NCBI GenBank assembly: GCA_051362555.1
Contig: CM120642.1
Location: 19,840,001-19,904,000, forward strand
Direction: 5' to 3'
From: Lingula anatina
Taxonomy: Eukaryota; Animalia; Brachiopoda
DNA: 64,000 nt
The translations under genes were made by a program, and so were the position numbers. Positions 1 to 12,250 of this stretch are shown piece by piece; position 1 is the first letter of the stretch, and each line of letters opens with the position of its first letter. The notes beneath the pieces were generated by a model. It was not told where the DNA came from. It saw only the letters and a program-made list of their open reading frames with translations, and did no database searches.

Positions 1-122
1 ACTGTAGCGAACATTATTTCAAACTAACTTCAAGGCTCCTAATAGGGTGTTAATGACTAGCATGGTTAAGATACATAGGTGCTTTATATCTTAACACTGC
101 TTTCCTTCATATGTATACTTAC

Positions 123-3100
123 CTTTCTCAATTTCTTCTTCTTCGGGAAGCTCATCAGTCTCGAGAAAATGTGCTGTTTGGGTGTACCCTGCTTCTCGGG
201 CAATCTGGGCAGCAGTTTTTCCATGTCTGTCAACCTCTGCTTTGTTGACACCGCACTCTCGAACCAGAAACTTCACCAGGGCAAAGTCGCCATTTTGGGC
301 CGCTAAGCCGAGCGGGAATTCGCCTTTGTCGTTTTTGGTAACAAATTCTACTCCGTGCTCTTTAAGCAGCCTGGCGACTTCCTCTCCATGGTTGTTTTTG
401 GTGACCAGAGTCCCCGCAGTTTCCCCGTCGGGGAGCGTCGTGAGGTCTATACCTTGGAGGGAAAAGATGGCTTTTAATTCATTGATGTCCCCGTGGCGCA
501 AAGCTTCGTGGTACCGACGTTGTCCAACATGGCGGATGTATTCTTCCATGTCTGTGTTTCCAAGGTCCGCAGCCTCCTTCACCAAAGTGGTGGCGTTGAA
601 CCTGTGAAAAAGGGAGGCTCCGTGGGACAACAGGTAGTGCACAAGTCGAAGGTTTCCTGATTGAACAGCGATTCTTGTGGCTGTGTTGCCATTGTAGGTC
701 AATTCGTCTATATCGGCCCCTTCACGATGCAGTCTCATGACGGCCTCAACATCCCCTTGTCTTGCTGCTTCCCTGACTTGTTTGTTCTTCATTTTTTGTT
801 TAAGATATTCGGCTATATCAAAAGACCATTTCTCTTGTGCAACTGTCACTGTGGACTTTCCATCAGGAAATATCCAACCAGGGTCAGCCCCATAAGTTAC
901 CAAGTGCTTCACCATTTCTAAGTTTCCTTGCAGAACGGCCCGTGCGATGTTCGACGACGTATCGCCGTCTGCCATCTCTGGTGCCGCACCACGTTGTAAC
1001 AACACCAGGCAATCTTCAGCTTTGTTTTGCATTACAGCAGCCTTCAACCAAACGCCTAAACGACCGACGATATATGTCACAAGGCCAGTAAAACCCCTTT
1101 CTTTTGCGTAATCTAGCGGCGACTTCTGGTTTTGATCAGTGACACTCAGGGTATGCAAATTGGTTTGATCACACTCAACTAGGTAATTCAGTATTTCAGG
1201 TTTGTCCTGGCTTTGGCATAGGATCCCGACCAGCCCAAGAGGCATCGTGTCCGAGCACTGGTTGATGTTGCCACCGACCTTATGTAGAGTCTGCACTCTT
1301 TCTAAGGTCTCACGTTGTACTGCCTTAATTAGTTGACCGTTCACAAGTACCCGAACCAGCTGATCAGAGCAATGAAGGCACATATTGTATTGGCCTATCT
1401 TGTAAGTTTTCATATTTGGGTCAGTCTGTCGATTAGCTTCTTGTCTAAACTTTTCGGCAGACATTCTCGCTTCATCCATTGCTGTGTGTCCTCTCTTGTT
1501 TCGGTATCTTATGTCAGCGCCGTCGGCAACGGCCAAGGCTGCGTTGTCGTAATCGCCCCGTTGCGCTGCTTCCATTAGTTTTTCGTTCAGTGTTGTCCCA
1601 AGCAGCCCCCCGGTAACTTTTCGGAATCCAGACTCAAGTGGAATCATGGGCAAAGTCATGATCCGTGTCTCAGGAACAGTGACAGGGGGGCAAACATCTA
1701 CAGAATCAGAAGGCTTGGAAAAGCCTCTCTCTGTTTTGCCAGGAAGAGAGTGATCGTAGTCCAGCTCGTTTAGGGTGTTGACGATGTCATCCTGATTGCC
1801 TCGAATAGCTTCGTCTAGCGCTGACTTTCCTTCCACGTTTCGCTTATTTTCGTCTGCACCAAGTTTCAACAGGAAGTGCAAAATTGGTACATGACCGCCA
1901 ATAGCCGAATATATCAGAGGTGTGTTGCCATGATTGCACTGCCTATGGATGTCAGCGCCGAATCGATGAAGTAGTTGGACCATTTGGAAGTTACCTCTTT
2001 CTATGGCAAAGGAAAGCGGCGGTTTCCCCGCTTTTTCCTCGCCCTTGTTGATTTCAGCTTTCATTTCACATAAAAGCTTCAGTATGTCAACGTTTTCTAA
2101 AAGAATATATATGATAAAATTGTATAAGGCATTTTGTTGTTTTAAAAAGTGCCATTTGCACAATAACATACACCTGTTTTTAGGTTTTATATTTTGCATT
2201 TATACGATAAATAAATCGAACAATACAAGACAGTTAATCAATTATGGGAGTGCCAAAAGCTTATCCAAACGTCATGTATTTACAAAAACGTAACAATATG
2301 GGAGAGATATTAATGAAACCGTTAGATATATCTCTGTATGATGTCATTTTTACCGCGGTCCACAGCAAGATGAAGCGGAGTCCAACCATTCATTACGTTC
2401 CTATGGTCGTCGCTGTGGTAACAGAAATTAATGTCAGCCCCAACCAGAAGAGATTCTTTTAAATTATCTTCTTTCCCCTGGTCTACGGATTTCCACAGTC
2501 GTGCGTTGGCTTCGGTTTTGATAACGGCACAAACTTCTTCGGATGCACTGTGATCTTAAATTAATACCGGTCGCCATATAAGGCTACAGTGTGTTACCAT
2601 ATTAGTCTACAATAAATTACCATATTGGACTACAATGAGTCCTATGAAAACTATATGTTATAGACCTGTAGCACGAAAAATTGAAAATCATAAACATTGG
2701 TATTGAAATACATTTAGTGCACATTTTGATTGGAGAAAATGTAGAATTTTTCCATTTTGCACACAAGAACGCTACCCCACAACACGGCATCTACTTTAGT
2801 GTACACAAAATATAAGTATTAGTATATCATTCATATATTAAGTTGGTATTACCTTTGGCAAAGTCTAACAGTGTCCACTTCTGTCTTTTCATGTCTGCTC
2901 CGTGCTGAAGAAGCATCTCTAACACGTCCGGTCTGTCACTTTTTACGGCAAGCTCCACCGGTCCTTCGCCGCTGTGGTTCTGCAGGTTAATGTTAGCGCT
3001 GTAGGAGGTGACGAGTGTTGTTAGAATATCCATGGAGCAGTTATGGATGATGGTTAAGCACAGCAAACTGTTACCTGTAATAGAGTTTTACATATTAGCA

Positions 3101-5086
3101 AATAAAAAGGGCGTGCACAGAGTGTATGACAGATAAAAAACATGCGCAGTTACAGCTTAAAATCAAATCCATGACGATTACTTATCGAAGTCCTGTCAAC
3201 TCAAAGTCGTCCTCACACAGATGACAATGACTTTCAAATGTACCCTTATTGCGCAGGCCCAGTCACCATAGACTTGCCCATATAGAACTGGGTTTGAAGT
3301 ACCTCGCGCTCACTTTGGAAAAACATGGACGGATAAAATATTGCCTAAATGGGCCTCTGTATGCTTGGGCACGAATCTCATACAGAATGCAGTGAAAGAG
3401 GAAGCCACGTCCAAGTCTAGTTGAAACTTGATACCTGAAAGTGACCAACGTTGGTCCCATTCGGTGCCGAGTGTGATGGCCAGGCAGGGGTTGGGGTTTC
3501 GCTTCATAATGCCACACAGTGTTACGAATACAAGTCCAATCCCAAACAAACTCATTCACACTGGCCTGTACACATGCGGGTCCTGGCTCGGTATACTAGT
3601 TCAACAGGCTTACCTTCCTTATCAGCAGCATTAACATTGAAACCTTGAGGACAGCTTTCTTGTAGGTCAGCCACTGTGAGGGTCATACCACTTTCCATGA
3701 CTGCTCGTCTTATGTGTTTGTTGGTTATGGCATTCTTGAGGATGGTTTCAATCTGAGCATTCCTGGAGTATATAGATTACGTAATGCTTTTCAATACTGA
3801 ATACTTCTTATTGACTTCCTTTATACGATGATTGGACACGATTCCATGAACATTTACTGTAATATCTCTGCCAAAAACTATTTAGATGGATGACTGAAAG
3901 CAAGTTGAAAAAAGTTGAGTATACAGAGATGTAACGTAAAAATATAAATGCAAGTGTACCTGGTCTCGGAATGTATGCAGATCCCCATTGCCGTTTGTCC
4001 TCTGTCATTCTGCATTTCTGGATCTGCACCCTAAATTGAAAGGTTTCTTCTGAATATACACGTTTATGAAATATTTAATTTGGAAAGATATTGATATTCA
4101 ATCGCGAATAAAGCCAACAAGAACGAAGAAAAAAGACGTCCGGTGCAAAAACAATACCCGGTACCAAACTTCACTATCTTACAGCCATTTAAACACAGAG
4201 TTATAATACGTTTTAATAAAGGGTAGGAACTTTTCTGCTATTCCACAAAAGTTTTTACCTCATCCACAAGCAATTTTACAAGATCTGTTTTCTTTCCGAG
4301 TACCGCATACATCAGAGGTGTGCTTCTGTCTTGTTCTTCGTCCAGGAAGTCGACGTCGACCCCAAATACTCTAAAATTCAGTTTATAACCTTATGTTATC
4401 AAAGTTTATACATTGGTCGTATTTAAAATGTTTTGAAGGAAATGTGGCTACTTAAAATGTTTAAGTAGGATGGTGTTGAGTTGCACGGGGTCTGCGTATA
4501 ACCTGCCATTTACAACGAAGATTTCCCATCTTTACCAATTCCCATTAAAGATGTCATATTATACCTTCCTCTATACCACTGCACAAGTATATAACACAAT
4601 TTTCTTATGAGACAATCTAGTCTAGTCATAAGCTTTAGAAAAAAAGTAAAATAAAGAAAAGAAGCGATATAAAAAGGAAGGAGAAAAGCAAAAAGGAAAT
4701 AGAAAATGTAGAGTTGAGAATCACGGCGGAGTAAGGTCGATTCACAGAGACCGATGGTGTCTGTGGTAATGGGGCTTTAGGCAAAATAACGCCATCACTT
4801 ACTTTACAAGTCTTGTGACCGCGTCCGAGTCCAATTGTCCGTTCTGAGACGCACGGATGAGAGCTCGCCCCATGGCATAGTAAATGGCGTTGGCAACGTT
4901 AGGATTTCCAGCGTTTTGAGCAACTGTGTTTAGGCCCACCTGGCCCGTTGCAAAGAAAGTTATGGCCTGTGCAAGAAAAATAATGTTTGTGTCGTACTTA
5001 AAGTGAGTGCTACCAGTTGGAAGATGGTCAGAGGTCCTTATATAACTGAAAACTCACTAGATGAATCTTGCCATAAAAGTTCTGTC

Positions 5087-5134
<48 letters not shown>

Positions 5135-7110
5135 AACTTGGTAAAAAAGGCTGCCCCCCCACTTATTCCAAGTTATTTTGTTAGCAAATGATAACCTCCT
5201 ACCTGTAAACTATTTCAAACGATTAATGCCCCAGATACCATATCTAGACACCTTACTCAATGGGGTCTTTTTAATGTTATGTACTTTTTTATTTTATCTT
5301 TGTGGAACATCAGATTCCGGCGATTTGAAGGGGTGCATGCTCTAAGTTTGAATAAATGTTTTATAAAACATAGATATCTTCACCAATATTTTGCATTTTG
5401 TGTACCCTGAGTCATGTTAGATATGATAACTGTAATAAAAAATCACAGTTCAAAATGGTTTACTGATAATAAGGAATACAGAGAAATGAATACATAATTT
5501 ACCGGAATTTTCAACTGCTAGCAAATTACACCAATTTACAAGTAAAAATCAACACTTTTGATGGTGAGGAATTTACTTTTGCATTCTTTGGGTCTTCTCT
5601 CAGCAGATATTCCACGATGTTATTTCTGTCTCCTGGTAGTGTTGCCGCCAATTCTAGAAGGCCCATCTTCAAACCACTTACTGTTGGTTTACTAACTTGG
5701 TATATGTCGCCTCCTGAAATATTTATGTCTAAGTGTGATAGATGCTGCCACTTGGCTACAAGGTTTTGCCATGGTTTCCACACTCTGACAAGTCGGGGTT
5801 AGCAATATGTTGGGAAAAATACAGTGGAACCGTTGACAATCCCAAAGCACACTAAAACCCAGCTAGCTTTGCAACTGGGCATACACAGAGACAGCCAGAG
5901 CTTCAAAATCACGAGTTGTGCTAGTGGGTTATGAAAAAGTTCTGGTATTTTGTCAGACCGGGCGGGAGAGCAATGGGGGAGACATGTTCTGTACAGAAAT
6001 TGTCCTCAAAATAAAACACAAACAGTCTTTTCATTATTATGTTTTTGTTTTAGATCACATTTTTGGCGCTTACTGGTTGAGGGTCAATCACGTGCGGTCA
6101 ATTATTTTAGAAGTTGGCCTTCTAGTCGACTCACTCCGCCATTTTGGTTCTCCATGTACACCGCATGAGCCAGATCTCTCAGCAATAAATTCTCGATGCA
6201 TTTAAACTATTGGCATTGCAATTTTAAAATGCTCGACGGGGAATAATATTGTTCAATTATCCCAACTTCTGGTTGAAGCTAACCAAGGGGATGGCTTCAG
6301 CCAAAGTCAATAAATGTTTATTTCTATTGCTAATTCCCATCCATCCCGGATTGACTTACCTGCTCGGTGTAACTTGACTAATTGCTCTTTGTTTCCGTTT
6401 TTAACAGCCTCGACGATCTGCTCATCCATCGCTCCTTCCAGGAGGTGTATAATCTGGTCGTACACATGAACCAAGTTGGTCATGGATGTACTCATATACT
6501 TTTCTTTCATTTTTTGAGCAGCCTGGAGAGGACTGCCTTGCAGGTTATACTTCGGTGGTGGTGACATATCGGTCAGGTCTGCTCTACCTTGGTTCAGCAC
6601 CTGTTGAACCCTGGACGGTTGTCGGGCTATTGCTGCCCATAGTGCTGAAACATTTGATATGGCAATTAACAGCATTAAATGCATGCGATTTAATTATTAT
6701 TGTTATAAGACTACAGAAATTAATAATAATAATATTTAACGATAAACTTTTAACTTTGATTGATGGTTGTAAAATATTTTATAAAATTTGTAAATTGTAA
6801 AGTGTTTTGTAAAATGTAAAATGTTTTGTGAAATGTGTGAAGGCAATATTCATTCCCATCCAAAAATGATAAAAACACCTCCACTATATCCGCTATCTCA
6901 GGAGCTGGTATTCAACACTTAAGTGCCAGCAATAATGTGCAGCTAGTACCTCTTACCTCGCACTATCTTTATGGCCTTATAAGCAAAGTTGATAACCTTG
7001 TTATTGCATACGATACTTTTCAGAAGGAAATAACGTCTGACAGGTTTGAGATACAAGATCCCAAACATATATATGAGCAAACAAATGTTGATAAACCTAC
7101 GCACAAACAT

Positions 7111-7145
<35 letters not shown>

Positions 7146-7191
7146 TATGTCGTATATAAGTACCTTCATTTTGAGACGGACTATTTCCCAT
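123..7191 (-). CDS. Large ankyrin-repeat protein with N-myristoylation motif (spliced; 3' end lies outside the window)
   Basis: Phase-compatible GT-AG exons on the minus strand: 7191-7164 (MGNSPSQNE), 6644-6360, 5713-5577, 4966-4803, 4370-4259, 4030-3960, 3762-3614, 3074-2853 and 2096-123, which ends at donor AG|GTAAGT. Joined length is 3142 nt (~1047 aa). Ankyrin motifs such as GNTPLIYSAIGG, NVNAADKEGNSLL, STPLMYAV and GKTAAQIA are present, and some run across exon junctions. Confidence 0.9.
5089..5132. repeat. (CA)n microsatellite
   Basis: Perfect CA run in an intron of the ankyrin gene. Confidence 0.95.
7114..7142. repeat. (GA)n microsatellite
   Basis: GA run just inside the intron after the first coding exon of the ankyrin gene. 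Confidence 0.95.
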
Positions 7192-7511
7192 GGCAACTTA
7201 TCTGAGTTTCCGTCCTAAGTTTGCTTCACTGAAACGAACAAACGTATATGCAAGTAAGAAAGGCCCGTTTTGCTGTGGTATCTGCAGGGTCCAATGCCAA
7301 GTTACACACTTCAATGGCAAATGACATTCATAGTCCCATTTATTAATTCATTGGGCACTATGCCAAGTTAATAAAAGCACATATTGAGTTTTTACTCCTT
7401 TAAATTCTTTGTCTTCCCCAACCACAAAGGCAGACATTTATTGTCGTTGAAGTGTACACAATTGTAACTAAAAACGCATACCTACATAATTTAATCGCAC
7501 AAACTAAAAAT

Positions 7512-7935
7512 TAATAATTAATAATTAATAATATTAATTAATAATTTATTGAGCACAAATAAATGGTTTACATTTACAGGCTCTCTAACTAATACAAATA
7601 TTAAAAAGAATAATTTAAGTAATAAACTATGCTCATCCATGCAGGGATACACGCTTTTTAATTGCACTGTTAACAAATTTACATATGGCAATCACACTCT
7701 GCGCAGAGAGTGGATTGAGTAAAATAGATAGTTTATTGTCTGTTGGACCCTGCAAATTCACCTCTGGTATGGAAGCGAACAGTATTTCCCGTTCGACTCT
7801 GTGTTCACTGCATTCTAGAAAAAAGTGTGCTTCATCTTCTACTGAATCGCAGTGGGGGCATTTCCTTTTGTCAATTGGCTTCTTTGGTTTTGTATATCGC
7901 CCTCTTTCAATTTCTAATTCATGATCACTAATAAT
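7512..7935 (-). mobile_element. 5'-truncated non-LTR retrotransposon (LINE) 3' fragment
   Basis: The minus strand translates ISDHELEIERGRYTKPKKPIDKRKCPHCDSVEDEAHFFLEC. This matches the HxLxIExGRY...CxxC...EDExHFxxxC C-terminal zinc-knuckle motif of LINE ORF2. It is followed by AATAAA and a (TAAT)n-like tail. Confidence 0.8.
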
Positions 7936-8560
7936 AAAATAAAAATAAAAATAACGACCCTGATTTAGGTCTGTGCTGTACGTTAAAAAAAGTCTTAGTT
8001 TCGATAGAGCAAATCTTTGGAACTTCGTATACTAGCTGCCAGACTGTTGGAGAAAATCAGACGACTTAAGTAACTTTAAAAAAAAACATACGACTTATTA
8101 AGTGGGCGAAAACTGAAAATGATAAATGTGCATATAACTTGTAAAATTTTTTATGTTTTTTTAATTGGAAATTAATATTTTGGCTTTCATTTAATTATAT
8201 GCTCATGATTGATGTCGAGCTGTTTATAACAGCTGATGTTTGCTGTTTAAACAATTCAAATATTTACAAATACCATAACGATGGAAACAAGCTTACCTTA
8301 TTAAAATACATTTCGTCCAGCACACAAATTTAAGTATCTTTAAGCTGAATTAATTAAATGACAAGGGAGATGTTATGGGTTTTACTCCTCGAGGAGACAA
8401 CGTACAGAATGTAACTGCTTGAATTGGGCTAGCTATTTCTAGGCAACGTATATTTTTTTCCATTTAATGCACACGATTCAGAAGGACAAATTGCTTCGTT
8501 CTTTGTACTGGGTCCGTTTGAAAACAAAGGCCGCACTCAGAACAGTTAACTAACTACTCC

Positions 8561-8671
8561 GAGGGTCAAATATGGCGACCCACTAAAAAGCTTGCCGTCT
8601 AATCCGCTAATAGACCCTGAATAGATTCTCCCTCGGGAAGTATTTAAATGGGTCGTCCATATTTGACCCTC
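8561..8671. repeat. ~110-bp fold-back / small MITE
   Basis: Inverted arms GAGGGTCAAATATGGCGACCCA and TGGGTCGTCCATATTTGACCCTC, with weaker inner complementarity. No TSD found. Confidence 0.7.
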
Positions 8672-10964
8672 AGATTAATGTGTCCACTGTTCCGAATACG
8701 GCCAAAGACTACTGTTTTTTTTTTTTTTTTTTTTTTTTTTTTTGTAGCCTGACGAATCCACCATGTTCCAAAACATGCCCCTATCTGCAGCCCTTTTAAG
8801 TCGATATCATGACACATTTGGGACTTATCGACGACCCACACACGCCCCTCCTTGCGCACGCATTTTTTGTTTGCGAACTCACATTTATTAAATTTGCATC
8901 TACGCAAGCAATTAGAACATACAAGCAAACTGGCAAATCGATATGCACGTATGTAAACTTCCTTGCGCGCCGCTTTGCTTGCCACATCCTTACCTGAAGT
9001 CACATCTATAAAAAAAGAAATAATGCCCGCAAGCTCGATGTATTTATACGTATTATTTGTATGTGCTTTTTGTTTGGACAATTGATCCCTTTTGTACACA
9101 TACGGCCATTTTGATTAATATAACTTCGCAGTTTTGAAAATGAAAAAAACAGTTTATAGGGCGGCCGCACCTTAAACGTTCATTTTTAAATCCCTTGTGT
9201 CAATGTTCACTATACACTGCCTATTAAAGAAGGGCATCTACTTACCTGTCCAAATTTACATTTGAATGAGAAGATGATATCCAGGAATACATGTATAAAT
9301 GGCGTTTCACAGCACTTAATCCTCATTTGCGACACCTTCTAATGTGGAAGGTGTCGCTCTATAAATGGGAGGAACCCATTGCCAGAGAAGGGAAATGTAG
9401 AATAACATATGACGTTTGTCAATATAATTGGGAGACATTAAAGAATGGCATTAATATTAACGGTAAACAAATGCTAAGGAACAGAAAAACGAAAAATCCG
9501 AGGACTATAATCAGTGGAACGTGCATATTTAAAGCGACCGGTCAATAATCCTGGTCTTACCAGCGCGTTGTCATTAAGTAACTACTTGTTAAGTTAAGAA
9601 TTGAATACACCATCCATTAAACTATTGCCGTATACTAATCCAATCAAGCTTTTTACAGACAGTACAACAGATGTCAGTTATGAGCTAGAAAATAATACCT
9701 ATCGGGTAAGGTAAGCCGTATACTTACTGAAAGGAGCGCTAGCTGCGTCTCATACACAGCGTCTCTCTGGCACAAAATGACCTCGAAATATTGATTTAAG
9801 CTTAGGTGAGTCCATATCATATCGATGAAGTCGGCTTTCGGTATTAACCCCCAGTTTCACATCACGGGACAAATTACTGATAACTACCAGGGCAGATGAT
9901 ATTGAGGTGATTGAAGGGGACCCCTGGATCTAATGGTATGTCCGTAGGGTACATGTAAGCATTTGCTTTGCCAGCAGGCAAGCACTTCTTTCAAATAAAA
10001 AAAAAACAATTTTCAGGCTAGCGTTCGTACTTTAAGTGATTTGGGGATGAAATGTAATGAAAATGTGTATGTATAGTTTACTAGTTGGATACCCTGAGCG
10101 AAGTTAATATATACAAATTTTGCTGTCACTTACAGCCCGTAGGCCTAACACATTAGCTTTCTTAAGATCAGAGATGGTGCGACCTCAGGGCTTATACAAA
10201 TATTTGACTTCACTTCGTCCGTCGTTATTATACGAAAAAAGTCAGGGGAACTGGAACACAGGTCCTACTGCAATTGTTCATCTCTGTTATTGAATCAAAA
10301 TAAGAATTTTGATAATAATTATGCTATTCTTGAAATCGTTTTACTTCTGTGGCATGTATTAAGTTATCAAAATCACCTTCGATGGACACCATGTTGGGTA
10401 TACAGTTACTATATACATTTCAGTTCTTTTATAAAACGGAAAGGTGAAGGGGTTAAGTTGTCTGAATTTGCTGGCCCGTGACAAATCCGCACTCTGTAAT
10501 GGGGTAGACTAACAAAAGACGGCTTCTCTTGCTATTATTACACTGTGACACAATAAGGTGTGGAATGTACGCGCGACTTCCCGAGGCTCACCGCGATGGA
10601 GGGCCCTTATGATGGCATTCTCACGCTTAAAACCGGTTTTGCCAGTTGACACTATCTCGGGTCAATAAAGTTATCGTCTATCAATATCAACAGCATTCAC
10701 ATCCAAACTTCCACCGGTGAGTGGTTGGCGACACTGGTAGGAAGAGGTAAGGGCAGACCTAGGTCTTTCTTATTTACAACACCTTACGATGCAACGAGTT
10801 GACACATATTGATTTTTGTTCACATACAGGTGTAGTTAAGACCCAACATAGAAACATACTGAGAGACGTACCTTTAAGTTCTCTCCCTCCCTGTAGTTTT
10901 GTCGCCAGGTTGACTAGAGGTGGTCAGCGAAGTGGTCTGGATTGTATGTGGGAACTGATAGTTA

Positions 10965-11880
10965 AATAGGCGGCACCGCGTGTATGCGAACAAGGAATTT
11001 TTGTAGTTCTATTTTTAGCTTTCCAAGAATGACGATCGAAGATGTTGCATAATGGCAATTCTCGTTTGAATACGACAAAAGGAGGGTATTATAGCTTAGT
11101 TTTAGGTATTTTTCATATTCTGTTGTATTTATATACGGAGGTTGTCTGTGCACAATAGCCTATGGAATAAAGCTACATCCTGAATAGCATGCACTTTTGT
11201 TCGGAACTGGTTACTGGTGTATAATACGCCGTTCTATATTATTCTTATACAATTGTAATTTCAACGTGTAAACTGTTTTTATTCACCCAAAATTCAGTTG
11301 TAATTATGCATGTATAATTCATTGGTTTAACATAGAAGTCGTGCATCCAACGCCAGTGAGTCCTAAATTTAACAGCTCTACCCATAAATAAGTGCTGACA
11401 TAGGGCAGTGGCAACGAATATCCAAATGGCGGCACCGTGTTTATAAATGTGAACAAGGATTTTTTGTCATTCCATTTACATAATGGCAAATCTCGTTTGA
11501 ATACGATAAAAAGGAGGGTATTGTAGTGTAGGTTTACGTATTTTGTTGTATTGATCGGAGGTTTTCTATGCACAATAGCGTAGGGAATACAGCTACATCC
11601 TGAATAACATGCTAATTTTTTCAGAACTTGGTGTTTACGTTACTGGTGTATAATACGGTAGTCTATATTATTCTTATACAATTGAAATATCAGTGTATAA
11701 ACTGTTTTTATTTATCCAAAGTTAAGCTGAAACCTAAAACTTACTTTCATGTTCACATACCCGGTATGTACATGTATAATTCATGGGTTTAAAATAGAAG
11801 TCGAGCGTCTAACGCCGATGAGTCCTAATTCTATAGCAGCTCTGCCTATTAAGAGGACCTGGCATGGGGCAGTAGCGATA
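10965..11880. repeat. ~460-bp diverged tandem duplication (2 units)
   Basis: GGCGGCACCG..GAACAAGGA occurs at ~10969 and ~11428. CATGTATAATTCAT..GTTTAA.ATAGAAGTCG occurs at ~11309 and ~11771. Confidence 0.85.
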
Positions 11881-12250
11881 TATTAACCTTTCAAATGGGA
11901 TCATGTCATTATTCTACATAATTTCCGCCTAACTTCTAATTACTCTTTTCCAGACGCCTTTTTGGCTTTTCAACAATGTAACTGTTACAAATCAGGTGAT
12001 ATAGGAACTATCTGGTGACTTAAATATTCACCCTATGCCACCACCATCACCATCCAAAAATGTTTCAATATACATTTATCTGCTAAGATTGATAGATATG
12101 GACAATATCTGATGGCCCAATTTCTATATCCCAAATAAATCCCAGCTTATAAAATAGAAATTGTTGCTGTTTATTTTTGTAGGTTGACGATATCCACCAC
12201 AGACAAACATACTCCAATTTTACCACGACAAGATAACCTACTACCCCAAG

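Noticed and set aside
2097-2199. N-terminus of ORF 91..2199 (MQNIKPK...) and its C-terminal KYTYEGKQC
   Set aside because: Both are intron read-through: there is an acceptor at 2098-2097 and a GTAAGT donor at 122.
3244-3559. Candidate extra ankyrin exon and ORFs in the intron
   Set aside because: There is an in-frame stop before the apparent donor, and the flanking exons 3762-3614 and 3074-2853 already join to form a complete ankyrin repeat.
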